A stretch of 64,000 bases of DNA from an uncultured archaeon (GCA_938045545.1 CALIBN010000006.1:32001-96000), one strand, 5' to 3'; shown: positions 28,971 to 40,016, counted from the first letter of the stretch. Numbers and translations: made by a program. Notes: a model not told the origin generated them from the letters alone.

Positions 28971-31478
28971 CTAGACGCGTAAAACGTAGTTTAAGACGAA
29001 CAGCGTAACGTTGTAGGCAGCGTGCAGTGCTATTGGGCACCACAGTCTGTAGCCTCGTTTCTTGAAAACGTATCCGAGTATGATGCCGACTAGGAAAGCG
29101 GGGAGAAATTGCCAAGGGTTAAGGTGGAAAGCCCCGAAAAGGATTGACGATAATAGTATTCCCCACTTGCTCCCAAAGCTTGACTCTAAGCCCCGCTGCA
29201 TGAACCCTCTGAATAAAACTTCTTCGCAAGGAGCGACGACGAGAATCGTTATTAGAGAAAGAGCAACTAGATCTACGAATGAAGAGGGCGATAGCATTTT
29301 AAAAACTTCTTCAAACCATGGCGGAACAGGTATGAGTTTTTCAACGATCACTCCGGCTGAAAAACCCGTTAAGACGGTTAAAGGAAGAACAAGCAGCGCT
29401 ATTCTATACTCCTGCAGTGCGCTCTGAGAGTCTAATCCAAGGAACCTTAAGCTGATCTTCTTACCAACCATGTAGAGCAAGACTGGGATGACCATCGCAA
29501 ACTCCCCCGTGATGAGCAGTGCTAAGCTATCAATAGTCAAGCCTGTTGAAAAAGAGAATGCTAAAAAGGGTAGTTCTAAGACGGTGGGGAGAAACATTGC
29601 TAGGACAAGCATTAGGAATGATTGAGAAGCCTTCCACGGCACTTTGCCAGGAGCCTCGAACACGGCTTTCTCACCGCATTGTTTCACGGCTTTCCTCTGG
29701 AGCAGTATGGATGCTGCAAGCACTAGGCTTGTTAAACCTGCTAAAGGCAGACCATAAACCCACCTCTCTGATTCTGACCGGCCTAGTGAAACAGCTTCAG
29801 GTTTTCCGAGAGAAATCCCGACTAGGCTTACAACTAGAAGTATTGAAGAAGCCAGCGTTGAAAAGTTCAGAATATAACTCCTGTAGTCTATTGGATTCTG
29901 TGTTTCAAGCCTCTGACTGGCTGTGGGAAAAGGCTCCTCAACAGGAGGCTGGCAGAAAAACGTTTCCGACCTTGCCAGCGTATACTTGGATAACAGGAAG
30001 GCGATTAGGCTTGTGTAGGATACTAGTATGAGGATAATCATGGGCGGGGGTGTGTCTGCGATGCTGATCGTGGTTCTGGCAAGTATTACAGGCATGGAGA
30101 GAAATACGGCTCCGAAAAGCGGTATGAACACGTATAGTAGGGCGCTGAGTGAAAGAGCGTTTGAAGGCTTGCTCAACACTAGTGCTGAGGCTACTGACAG
30201 GATGGATGAGAAGAGCGTCACAGATAATATGAGCAGGAAATCAAGCACTAGGAAAGGTGTTCCAGCTAAAAGGATGCTGAAAACAGAGTAGAAAACAACG
30301 GCGAAGCTGAAGGTCGCTATAAAGTAGGCTACGAGCATGCCTTTCACGTATCTCCGAAACCCTTTTTCCGAGACCGCTACCGTCCAGAGTGTTTCACGCT
30401 CAATTATTCCCCAGTTTATCGAGAAGATCGCCGGGATTAAAGGGGTGTAGAGTATGCTGAAGGTTAAGGCTGCCAGCGCGAAGAATCTAAACTGCCTAAC
30501 TAGAATCGGGAAGCTTAAATTGGCGAGTGTAGCGATTGCGAAGAGCATAATGGCCGTGAAAAGACTGCCATCCCTCAATATCCTCAGGAGGTTCAGCTTA
30601 ACGACTAAAGCCGTCGGCTTCTCACTCATTTTAGGCGAAAGTATCTGTGTGAAAGTCCTTGGAACCCATCTAAGTATTCTACGGTTGCTCGAAGGCATCT
30701 CCATTAACGCCGTTGTGAGAAGAGGAGTAACATTAGGAAGGAAATTGATCCTCATCACAGCGGAGTAGGAGCCCAAAATCAAAATCAAGTAGGCAAACCA
30801 TATGGCTGTTTCCAGGGTTCCTAAAGAGCCTAAAGAGAATTTGGCCAGCAGGGTTGAAGGATAAGGCAGGTCGGAGTAGTTCACATCCAGTCCCATTGCC
30901 ATGCTTACCAGAGGCATGAAGAGTGTGAGAAGGATAACCCATCCAGCTGCCTCGACGCCAACTTCTTTCACGATACTCTTCAGAACCCCCAGTATCTGGG
31001 CTATTGTTGAAGAGGAAAAAAGCATCATCTCATAGGATAGAAAGACAGCGGGCAGAGCGTTTAAACGAGGATAGAGCATCACGGCCATGAAGGAAATTAA
31101 CGGCGGAGTGACGGCGAAGTTTAGGAAGAAGAATTGGAAAAGCAGGTCTGCCACAAGATATGTTGAAGGCCTTATGGGTGATGTTAAGACAAAGTCTATT
31201 TCCGGTTCAAGTGCCGTTATTCCTCCTTTAAGACCTAAGAAGACGCCCATGGCGATCACGCTTGAAAAAGTTATCGATATTACGTTGACAAGCTCCCTCT
31301 CGCTCATCTCGGAGAAACCATAGACCCCTCTTATGAAAAACCCGCTGAAAAGAGACGAGAAAACAATGACGAAGTAAAACATGACTGTGGAGAACTTTAC
31401 TGAGGGACTTCTCCTTAACGGTCCATAATACTGGAGAAGCTTGAAAAAGAATATTTGCAGAACCCTAGAGCCTCCCAC
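28971..31478 (-). CDS. ABC exporter permease fused to a C-terminal CPBP (CAAX/Abi) glutamic intramembrane protease
   Basis: N-terminal multi-TM region with EIDFVLTSPI; C-terminal EEVLFRG, FGAFH and HAAYN. Confidence 0.75.
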   Translation of the reverse strand: MGGSRVLQIFFFKLLQYYGPLRRSPSVKFSTVMFYFVIVFSSLFSGFFIRGVYGFSEMSERELVNVISITFSSVIAMGVFLGLKGGITALEPEIDFVLTSPIRPSTYLVADLLFQFFFLNFAVTPPLISFMAVMLYPRLNALPAVFLSYEMMLFSSSTIAQILGVLKSIVKEVGVEAAGWVILLTLFMPLVSMAMGLDVNYSDLPYPSTLLAKFSLGSLGTLETAIWFAYLILILGSYSAVMRINFLPNVTPLLTTALMEMPSSNRRILRWVPRTFTQILSPKMSEKPTALVVKLNLLRILRDGSLFTAIMLFAIATLANLSFPILVRQFRFFALAALTFSILYTPLIPAIFSINWGIIERETLWTVAVSEKGFRRYVKGMLVAYFIATFSFAVVFYSVFSILLAGTPFLVLDFLLILSVTLFSSILSVASALVLSKPSNALSLSALLYVFIPLFGAVFLSMPVILARTTISIADTPPPMIILILVSYTSLIAFLLSKYTLARSETFFCQPPVEEPFPTASQRLETQNPIDYRSYILNFSTLASSILLVVSLVGISLGKPEAVSLGRSESERWVYGLPLAGLTSLVLAASILLQRKAVKQCGEKAVFEAPGKVPWKASQSFLMLVLAMFLPTVLELPFLAFSFSTGLTIDSLALLITGEFAMVIPVLLYMVGKKISLRFLGLDSQSALQEYRIALLVLPLTVLTGFSAGVIVEKLIPVPPWFEEVFKMLSPSSFVDLVALSLITILVVAPCEEVLFRGFMQRGLESSFGSKWGILLSSILFGAFHLNPWQFLPAFLVGIILGYVFKKRGYRLWCPIALHAAYNVTLFVLNYVLRV

Positions 31479-32223
31479 CCTCTATTCCCCCGACTATTCT
31501 GAAGAAGGCTTCCTCCAACGTCGCCGTGGATTCAAGCCCCACGGTTTTCTTAAGCCCGTCTATGGAACCGTCGGCGATGCTTCTCCCCCTGTTTATTATT
31601 GTGGCGCTGGTGCAGAATCTCTCAGCCATGTCGAGCATATGCGTGCACACGAGTGCCGCTCCACCGTCGCCGACAATGTTTTTAACAAGGTTTTTCACGA
31701 GACGCTGGCCCTCTGGATCCAGGCCGATGAAAGGCTCATCCATTATTATGAGCTTAGGCTGATGTATGAATACTGTTGCCAAAGCTAGCCTCTGCTTCAA
31801 GCCTTTCGAAAGCTCAAGGATAAACCTGTTTTCATAACCTTTAAGGTCAAACATGCTTAGAAACTCCTGGACCCTCTTCCTAGTCTCCTCCCCTGGTTCA
31901 ACCCCCCTGATCCTTGCAATATACCCTAGAAACTCCTTGGGAGTAAGATAGTCTGGGAGGGAAGGGGCTTCAGGCAAGTATCCAACCAGCCTTTTAAAAC
32001 CCTCGTCACTGTTAACGTTCCTCCGCATCACGAGTATCCTCCCTTTATCCGGTTTAAGAAGGCCGACGATGCATTTCACAGTGGTCGTCTTACCGGCGCC
32101 GTTTGGGCCTATTAGGCCATGTATAGCTCCTGCGTTAACCCTCATAAATAAGCCTGCTACGCCCACTGTTTCCCCATAGCTCTTCCAGAGGTTCTCAACA
32201 TCGAGCAGAACGTCGTTTTCCAC
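31465..32223 (-). CDS. ABC transporter ATP-binding subunit
   Basis: GPNGAGKTT, LSKGLKQR, IMDEP, CTH; start placed at GTG 32223. Confidence 0.92.
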   Translation of the reverse strand: MENDVLLDVENLWKSYGETVGVAGLFMRVNAGAIHGLIGPNGAGKTTTVKCIVGLLKPDKGRILVMRRNVNSDEGFKRLVGYLPEAPSLPDYLTPKEFLGYIARIRGVEPGEETRKRVQEFLSMFDLKGYENRFILELSKGLKQRLALATVFIHQPKLIIMDEPFIGLDPEGQRLVKNLVKNIVGDGGAALVCTHMLDMAERFCTSATIINRGRSIADGSIDGLKKTVGLESTATLEEAFFRIVGGIEGGRL

Positions 32224-32319
32224 GTATTCGTCGCACGCCTGGAGCAAGACTGCTGAACAGTTTTGAAACAAGCATAGAATTTTTAAGCTTTTAACAATAC
32301 GGGGAGAGACAATCGAAGC

Positions 32320-33501
32320 ATGAAGCATGGAAGGCTACGGGTTTTGATATATATGGGGTGGACCCATTCTCTAAACCACGGCCTATTCGTATCGATAGCA
32401 CCATTGATCCCGATGATTGCTTCAGAGGGATTCGACTACCTTAGCATAGGTCTTCTCCTATCCGTCTACCTTCTTTTATACAGCTTCGGTTCTCTGCTCT
32501 CAGCACCTCTTCTAAGGCGCGTGGAAGACAGTAGAATCCTGTTCACGTCTCTCATGCTCCAAGGCTTGTCCACATTTTTCCTGCTCATGCCCGGTTTAAC
32601 TGGCTTAAGCCTCTTCATACTATTCTCAGGAGTCTTCGCAAGTCTTTACCATCCTGTTTCAAACGTTTTCATATTTAACAGGTTCAGGGAAAACGTTAAT
32701 TTTGCAATGGGGCTGCACGGCACAGGTGGAAACATAGCTCAATTCATATTCCCATTGTTTTCTTTCCTGATGGCGGTGAGCCTCGGCTGGAGGATGGCGC
32801 TCATCTCAACCGGTTTCATGGTTTCCCTCTCTTCAATACCTTATCTCGCAACACCCCGTGTTGAGAAAAACGTTTCTGAGATGGGAGGAGACCTACGAGG
32901 ATTCATCAAAGTTGTTTCACAGAAGTCGCTCATTATTCTAATATTTTTCTCGCTCCTCTTCGGCCTATATTATAGGGGGATAGAAGTGTTTCTGCCAACC
33001 TACTTGAATTCGGAGAAGGGGTTTAGCGGGGAAGCGGGCAGCACTGCTCTATCAATATTGTTGCTTGCAGGCGCACTCGGCCAGTACTTGGGGGGAGTGG
33101 TGGGGGAAAGGTTGAACGAGGAGACAGTCCTCCTCTTAGCATCAGCATTAGAATTAGGTTCACTCATACTGCTTCAAACAGTTTCCAGCCCCATGCTAGT
33201 TATGCTTTCAACTGCTCTTCTCGGGTTTGCATTCTACTCCCACCAGCCGGCTGCAAACTCGCTCTTAGGAAAAAAGAGCACGGAGGAGTTAAGAGCATAC
33301 AGTTACAGCGTCTGGTTTTTCCTTGGCTTCATATCCTCCTCACCATCCACTTTAACAGTCAGCCTTATCGGCCAGAAATTCGGCTTCACAGTCGCAATAC
33401 TGGTCTTAAGCATGATCGCCATCCTGCCGCTGGCATTAGCCATCCATATTTATCTCGAGACTAGACAACCCGGGGAGAGTGGTGATAAAACCCGTCTATA
33501 G
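32320..33501 (+). CDS. MFS transporter (FSR-like)
   Basis: HSLNH, SLYHP, AMGLHGTGGN; about 12 TM segments. Confidence 0.85.
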   Translation: MKHGRLRVLIYMGWTHSLNHGLFVSIAPLIPMIASEGFDYLSIGLLLSVYLLLYSFGSLLSAPLLRRVEDSRILFTSLMLQGLSTFFLLMPGLTGLSLFILFSGVFASLYHPVSNVFIFNRFRENVNFAMGLHGTGGNIAQFIFPLFSFLMAVSLGWRMALISTGFMVSLSSIPYLATPRVEKNVSEMGGDLRGFIKVVSQKSLIILIFFSLLFGLYYRGIEVFLPTYLNSEKGFSGEAGSTALSILLLAGALGQYLGGVVGERLNEETVLLLASALELGSLILLQTVSSPMLVMLSTALLGFAFYSHQPAANSLLGKKSTEELRAYSYSVWFFLGFISSSPSTLTVSLIGQKFGFTVAILVLSMIAILPLALAIHIYLETRQPGESGDKTRL

Positions 33502-33612
33502 GGGGAACAGGTACGCTCGTTTGTGAAAAGCTTTTCAGCTTTGAAAAGATTAGCCTAGTTTCCCCGGTTCTAATGTCACAAACGTTTTAAACCAGAGTAA
33601 AAATAGTTTTCA

Positions 33613-34836
33613 TCAGAATACATATGGTAAAAATATTAACCCTACTATAAGCCCCAAGAGGGCTAGGCTTACAGCGTAAACCATTTTATCAATAGTGCTA
33701 ATGCTCATCCTGCCGCCGAGCTTTCTCCTACAGAACAGTTTGAAGACAACTCCGCCGTCCATCGGGTAAAGGGGAAGCGCATTAAACACTCCCAAGTTCA
33801 AGTTTACAAACCAGACCCAGAAGAAAAAGTTCACAGGATAATGATAATCCTCACCTAGGAGGAGCGAGACATAATATTTTTGAAGAAGACTTGAAAAAGG
33901 TATTGTCTCGTAAACCCATGGAAACGGGACGGTGGGAATCATGAGGTATGTTACAAAACCTTCGAGAGGCGAGCGTGCGAAAGCCGTAGAATAGTTTTCA
34001 AGAACGTCTTTAAGCGGAACCAAGCTGAGTATCCCGCTGGAACTAATGTTCTTTCCCAGCGTGAAAGTATAGTTTGAAAAACCGTTGCGCGAAACCCTGA
34101 ATGTTATGTTTCCCTCAAGCTTGTAAACTTTTCTGACAGCTTCGGCGAAACTATGCCAGTCAGGCGTCGGCTCACCGTTCACACCTATTATTATGTCTCC
34201 AGGCCTCATTCCTTTCTGATAAGCAGTCCCGTTGGCGGAGAGCCCAACCACCAGTATCCCGTCAACAACCGGCTTTAAAGTAAGCATTAGAAGTATGAAG
34301 ATGGCCAGCGCTGCTAAAGCTGCAATAACGTTGGAAACAGGCCCTGCTGATAAGACTCGCCCTGCTTTCTCAAGCCCAGCGTCTTCAAGCTGCTTCTCGT
34401 CAACCTCGGCGAAAGCGCCTACAGGTATTATTAGAAACAGCACTAAGCCAGTGGACTTAACATTCATGCCGTTAGCCTTTGCCTGAGTCCCGTGGGAATA
34501 CTCGTGTATTACCATAGCTATGATCAGCGCCACCCAACCGTAGAAAACAGGCAGGTAAGGGTTTACGCCTGGAAGAAGTATGTTGGATGCGGGCCCGAGT
34601 TCCCTTAAAACTCTGCTGACGCTGGGGTTGCTCAGCATATTGCTTATCGCGTTAAGCAGCAGGTAAACCATTACCGCCCCTAGGAACGGCATTACTACTA
34701 GCGAGACGAGCCCCATCTTCCTGGAAAACCCTGTTCCCCCAAGCCTATCCATCAGCTCCAATCCAACCCTCGTCTTGACTAGGATAAACGGGAATTGGAC
34801 TTCAACCATGCTCGGCAGGCGTAAGCGCATCAACAA
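33613..34836 (-). CDS. Site-2 protease (M50) with PDZ domain
   Basis: IHEYSHG, AGPVSN, PDZ GMRPGDIIIGVNG, FNALPLYPMDGG. Confidence 0.9.
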   Translation of the reverse strand: MLMRLRLPSMVEVQFPFILVKTRVGLELMDRLGGTGFSRKMGLVSLVVMPFLGAVMVYLLLNAISNMLSNPSVSRVLRELGPASNILLPGVNPYLPVFYGWVALIIAMVIHEYSHGTQAKANGMNVKSTGLVLFLIIPVGAFAEVDEKQLEDAGLEKAGRVLSAGPVSNVIAALAALAIFILLMLTLKPVVDGILVVGLSANGTAYQKGMRPGDIIIGVNGEPTPDWHSFAEAVRKVYKLEGNITFRVSRNGFSNYTFTLGKNISSSGILSLVPLKDVLENYSTAFARSPLEGFVTYLMIPTVPFPWVYETIPFSSLLQKYYVSLLLGEDYHYPVNFFFWVWFVNLNLGVFNALPLYPMDGGVVFKLFCRRKLGGRMSISTIDKMVYAVSLALLGLIVGLIFLPYVF

Positions 34837-34887
34837 TGTTTCAGCCGAAGGGCTCTTTTAAACATAGCCCGGTTGAGCGCGGCTCCA

Positions 34888-35415
34888 TTATTGTTTAAAG
34901 CCGTCGAAAGAAACTATTTCGCTCAAAGGCTTCCTAGCGTCGGATTCTTTAAACTGCTCGCCAGCAGGATACCCTAAAGGGGTTATGGCGACAACATTGT
35001 ACTCCTCAGGTATTTCGAGCACCTCTTTAACCTTCCCGTTGTCGAATGAGCCTATCCAGCATGTTCCGAGGCCCTCAGCCCTAGCCGCAAGGATGAGATG
35101 TGTGAAGGCTATTGAAACGTCTACGAGCATGCTCATAGAGCCCATGTACCCACCCCTATTCCACCCTATGTCGCGGCCGCACGCAACAATGACCACGGGG
35201 GCCTCAGCTATGAAACCCTGGTTGCCGCACGCAGGTACGAGCTTCCTCTTCAAAGCCTCGTTCTTCACCACTATGAACCTCCAAGGCTGACGGTTTGAAC
35301 CAGAAGGAGCTATTCTCGCAGCATCCAGAACCCTGGTTAACACGTCGTCGGGTATGGGATCCGGCTTGTAAGACCTTATGCTCCTCCTAGTTCTCACCAC
35401 CTCGTAGAAGTCCAT
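34888..35415 (-). CDS. Nitroreductase family protein
   Basis: RRSIRSY, APSGSNRQPWRF, LAARAEGLGTCW, PLGYP. Confidence 0.92.
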   Translation of the reverse strand: MDFYEVVRTRRSIRSYKPDPIPDDVLTRVLDAARIAPSGSNRQPWRFIVVKNEALKRKLVPACGNQGFIAEAPVVIVACGRDIGWNRGGYMGSMSMLVDVSIAFTHLILAARAEGLGTCWIGSFDNGKVKEVLEIPEEYNVVAITPLGYPAGEQFKESDARKPLSEIVSFDGFKQ

Positions 35416-35508
35416 CTTCCTACACCCAATTAGCTTCGCAAAAAGATGAATAAAAGTTTTAGCAACGGGCTAACGAGCGAAAGGAATTAAAAAAGAAAGG
35501 GTTGTCTA

Positions 35509-36942
35509 TTATCTGGATGGAGGCGGCGGAGGCGGGGGTGGTGGAAACTCTGCTTTAGGCTTTCTCCTTAAAAGCAGCAACACCAAAACCACAACGACTA
35601 CTACTACAACAGCCCCTATGATCATGAGCCAGGGGATTTCTGGGGCGGCTACAGCTCCTTCCTCCTTGCTAACGGTCAGGCTCCCTGTTAAACCGTTAAC
35701 GTTAATACTATACGTTCCCTCGCCAGTCGGCGTGAAGGTGAAGCTGACCGTTGTAGACTGGTCTGGGCCTAATGTGCCTGTTTTAGTATCTACAACCTGG
35801 TTGTTAATCTTAAGCGTGACCTCGTATGTGCCTGATTCCCCCCCAGTGTTCTTAACAGTGACGGAGATCGTTGAAGACTGTCCAACCTTGATAGAAATCG
35901 GGCTTATATTCAGTCCGCTAACCTCAAACCTTGCTGGAAGAGTTGCCGAAACAGTTATTGTGACTGTCTGGTCGCCAATCCTGACAACGTACGACCCCTC
36001 TGCGGTAAAGGGTAATTTGTAGATTAGACTCTTACTCTCACCAGGATTCAGAACAATCAGCCAACTCTTCTTAACCTCTCCGTCCACGGTTATAGTCAGA
36101 TTATGAACACCCATGGCGTTGCCGGTATTGGAAGCAGTAATCGTGATAGTGATTTCCTCGTTAGGCTTTAACCGTGTCTTATCAAGGTTAGCGTTAATCA
36201 CTACGTTAGGCGTCGGCTGCGGGCTAACCAGCTCAATCGATAAAAGCTCTGTCTTGACCCATTCGCGCGTCTCAGGCGACTCAGAGTACACGTATACTAA
36301 AAGGGTGCCGAAGCTGACAGGGGCGAACCACATTTCCACGATAGTACGGTAAACTACCGGTGCATTCGCGAATCCTTCCCACCTCCATTTGTATACTAGA
36401 AGCTGGCTTGGGCCGAATGTCCTAGTTTCTGGACCTAAGTAAATAATTCTTCCATACCCGAGCTCCCAGTATCCATATACCGTGGTTAGGTTCCATGCTT
36501 TCCACAGGATGCCGACCCAAATAACCCAGTAACGCATCATGGAGTCTCCAATAATCTCAGCATATTGCCCCGTGTAGATTTCTCCGTTAATCTCCACCTG
36601 TAGGCATTTGCCTGTCGACTTTGAGATCCACAGAGGTACAGCATTAGTCTCCCCGTTACTCTTATACTCCCATTCAACTTTCCACGCGGCCTCCCCGCTC
36701 ACGGTTTCCTCTCCAAGAACCCGGAAGCCTACTTCTCCAGCGACTCCTTCTTCATCCGAGTAACGGTACCTGACCGACTTAACGTTGTTCAGTATGATCT
36801 TCACATCCTCATACGTAGATTCCTGAGCGTAAGACACCATTAGCGGATTTTGAACCAACAAAAGCATCATCAGGAGGGCGAGGCAGAACGCACTTTTCCG
36901 CTTTTCCGAACTACCTAACGGTTTCATTTGGAAAAAAGCCAC
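35509..36942 (-). CDS. Secreted, C-terminally anchored surface protein with two CARDB/Ig-like domains and a polyproline tail
   Basis: Signal peptide; two N(T)G...(L)xPxES/QS Ig repeats; TM helix, RRKPK, EFPPPPPPPPP. Exact start uncertain. Confidence 0.75.
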   Translation of the reverse strand: MAFFQMKPLGSSEKRKSAFCLALLMMLLLVQNPLMVSYAQESTYEDVKIILNNVKSVRYRYSDEEGVAGEVGFRVLGEETVSGEAAWKVEWEYKSNGETNAVPLWISKSTGKCLQVEINGEIYTGQYAEIIGDSMMRYWVIWVGILWKAWNLTTVYGYWELGYGRIIYLGPETRTFGPSQLLVYKWRWEGFANAPVVYRTIVEMWFAPVSFGTLLVYVYSESPETREWVKTELLSIELVSPQPTPNVVINANLDKTRLKPNEEITITITASNTGNAMGVHNLTITVDGEVKKSWLIVLNPGESKSLIYKLPFTAEGSYVVRIGDQTVTITVSATLPARFEVSGLNISPISIKVGQSSTISVTVKNTGGESGTYEVTLKINNQVVDTKTGTLGPDQSTTVSFTFTPTGEGTYSINVNGLTGSLTVSKEEGAVAAPEIPWLMIIGAVVVVVVVVLVLLLLRRKPKAEFPPPPPPPPPSR

Positions 36943-37101
36943 ATATAGAGCTTATAAAGATTTCGACCTTTAAAGGGCTTTTTCCTTAAAAGCACGAGAT
37001 AACCAGTCACCCTGTCAGCATCATCATTATAATAGAGATCAAGCAAGTCTTTTATGATCATCACTCCATATAAGGATTACTAACGGGGTTAAAAACACTG
37101 G

Positions 37102-37467
37102 TCAGGAGAGTTTCTTTGAACAAGCTTGGCTCATAGGGCAAGTGCTGCAGGCTTTTCTCTTACAGTACTCTAGGTTCAGCCTGACTAGCTGAGACTCCAC
37201 TTCTTTAATCCTCTTCACCCTGAGCCTCCGGGCGGTTTCAACAGCCAGTTTAGAAGGCTCAGGATCCGCCTTGCTCCAGACGCCTCTCAGCTCTCTCAGA
37301 AAAATATTGACTCCCGCAGGGCCGATGCCTCGAAACTCTGCGAGTAGTTCCTCCAGATGCTCGGGAGACCCAGCTTTTTCATGAACCCCGTCTATGCTTC
37401 CGAATTTTTCCAAAAGGCTCTTCAAAACGTCCAGCAGGTTCGTAGCTGTCGAAAAATCATGCCTCAA
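37102..37467 (-). pseudogene. 5'-truncated HhH-GPD/endonuclease III-like protein
   Basis: RHDFSTAT.LL, FRGIGPAGVNIFLRELR, C-terminal CKRKACSTCPMSQAC; N-terminal part absent. Confidence 0.6.
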
Positions 37468-37477
37468 AAATCATGCC
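37452..37477. repeat. 12-bp direct repeat AAAAATCATGCC x2 (2-bp spacer) at a gene-truncation junction
   Basis: Copies at 37452-37463 and 37466-37477. Confidence 0.8.
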
Positions 37478-39851
37478 GCTACTGAATTTGTAAATTCAAT
37501 CACAGTACCGGACCAACCTTCTTGGCTTGAAATAAATGTCAAAGCATCTGTAGAAAAATTCGTCTCGAAGGATGCCCCTGGATATGCTCCAAACTATGGT
37601 TGGATGCTTAAAGATGGAAAAGAAACATCGCCAATATTTTATCTCATGTTCTCTAAAGAGGCGATTTTCATTCCTCCCGCAGACTATAAACCTAGACTGA
37701 ATGTTAAATATTATCCTCCTCATTTGGAGCTTCAGATTTCAAAAGGGGACATGGAAGCGGGCAGCTGGATCAAAATGTCAGTATTTCGCAAGACTGCTAA
37801 TGGGGAATCAATAACTTGTGGAAACCTTAAGGTTAAGCTTGATTCAACATCTACTTCTTCCAATAAGAAATTTGCTTTAACTCCCGGAGGATCTGCGATA
37901 ACTGAGCTCGTAATACCCGATGGCTCAGATCATAAGGATTTCTACTACTACGATGAGAAAGTAGGAACATGGAAAATTAGTGTCTGGACTGAACAATACT
38001 CGCCTTACTATGGAGATGAGAAGCTTATCACTGTAAACCCTGGTCCGCTAGACCACTCACCTTCAACACTATTACATCTCCGAAGACCGTCATGAAACCA
38101 TTCACTATAACGATTACTGCTTACGACCGTATGGTAACGTTAAAAACGATTATACGGGGACGAATTCCCTCTCTGACACCACCGGAACAATAGAGCCAAT
38201 AATGACGGGTGCTTTTGTAAACGGCAAATGGACCGGCGACGTTGTTATAAAAAAAGTTGCTAAGAATGTTAGGATTACTACCCGTGGCTCAGGCAAGTCT
38301 GGCATAAGCAATAGTTTCGACGTTGAAGCCGGTCCCCCTGATAAGCTCGTCATAACGCCTTCGAGCTTTACGATGAATGCCGGAGAATTGTAATCCTACC
38401 TTAACATTTCCCTCAGGGATGCATATGGTTTCGAGACGATTACTCCTTCAACCATCACCGTAAGTCTTTCAACATCATCGCCCAAGGGGGAGTTTAGGGA
38501 TTGTGAAACAGGAGAGAAAATAACGAAGATATACGTATTCGCTGGCCACGGTTGGAATAAGGTGTGTTATAACGATACGAAGCGCGGAACCTGGGTGATA
38601 TCGGCCTCAGCCACAGGTTTAACCAGTGGGACAGCGACGGTGACAGTAATAGCTGATACAATTCCTCCTGTAACGACGATAACGATTGGCTTACCAAAGC
38701 ATTATGCTGGAAACTATATTTACGTCAATTCTTCAACGAGTTTCTCTTTATCGACTTCAGATGACATGAGTGGAGTGGAAAAGACGAAGTACAGGGTTGA
38801 TGAGGATCCATGGAAAGAATACACCAGTAAATTTAATCTTTCAGGATATTCTGATGGCGCTCATGAAATAAGGTATTACAGCATTGATAAAGCCGGTAAC
38901 AGTGAGGCTGAGAAAACGTTGACTGTCATACTGGATAATACTCCTCCTTCCATTGGAGACCCGTCTCCTACAGGAAGTCTAATTCAGAAAACGAATAGAG
39001 TTACCTTCACCGTTACCGTAGAAGACCCTGGTTCGGGAGTTAAAGAGGTCAGGTTAACTATAGATGGTATTTATCAGGGATTGATGACTAAGCGTGGGAA
39101 TAACTACACTAGGACAGTGAGCTTGGACGAGGGAGACCATTCATGGATGGTTGAAGTAGTAGATAACTTGGGCAATTCAGGGATTCAAAATTATTCACTA
39201 GAATTAATTGTCGACAACACCCTGCCGACAATATCCGGGTTATACGAGTCTTCGCCTGCGTGGGGAGAATCAACTATAGTATCATGCCAAGTTTCTGATG
39301 AGGAGTCAGGCGTTAAAGAAGTTTTCCTCTATCATTCAACGGATGGGACATCTTGGTCTCGAATAGCCATGAACCTCATAGGAAACAGATATTATGCCTC
39401 AATACCGTCTCAGCCGCCATTTACAAAAGTTCGGTATTACGTAGAAGCCTCGGATAACGTTGGAAACATCTCCCAGACGAGCATTTTTGAATATACGGTA
39501 GGGCTTCCAACGTGGTTATATATCTTAATTGTACTGATCGCAGTTTTAGCAATTTCATCTATATTCTTATTAAGGAGAAGGAAAAGGCCAAGGCCCAGCC
39601 CAACTCCAAAGGCCCCAGAGCCTAAACCGGAGGAGCCCCCTGTTCCCCCTCCTGCAGAGGAAGCTCCGCTAGAGCTTCAAGAACCAGTTTCATCGAGAGA
39701 AGAGACTAAACTTCCTTCCGAAGAGGAAGAGGCTCCGCATGAGGAATCGTACGAACCATCGCCTGGGGAAGCTCCGTCAGAAGAGGAAGAAATGCCTTCC
39801 ATCTTTGAGGAGGAGCCTCAACAACCTGAAGGGGAAGGCTTAGAATCATAG
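37478..39851 (+). pseudogene. Disrupted large Ig-like surface protein with C-terminal TM anchor and Pro/Glu-rich tail
   Basis: No signal peptide or 5' end; frameshifts near 38057 and 38128; in-frame TAA at 38391-38393; D(T/N)xPP and DxxSGV repeats, YYSIDKAGN; TM then RRRKRPRP. Confidence 0.7.
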
Positions 39852-40016
39852 GAATATATCGCAGCCTCCCTGTTGGAGAGCCTCGGCCATTCGATCTTGA
39901 GAAGAGGAAACCTGTGGTTGTTGGAGGAATCAAAAATAGCGGAGATAGACATCGTTGCCAAGGATTCTGATGGAAACGTTTTTGCAGTGGAGGTTAAGTA
40001 GGGAAAAGCCACTGTA
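39852..40016 (+). pseudogene. Remnant of a PD-(D/E)XK nuclease homologous to 42241..42930
   Basis: Reconstructs as EYIAASLLESLGHSIL/EKRKPVVVGGIKIAEIDIVAKDSDGNVFAVEVK*GKATV; frameshift near 39898, TAG at 39999-40001. Confidence 0.8.
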
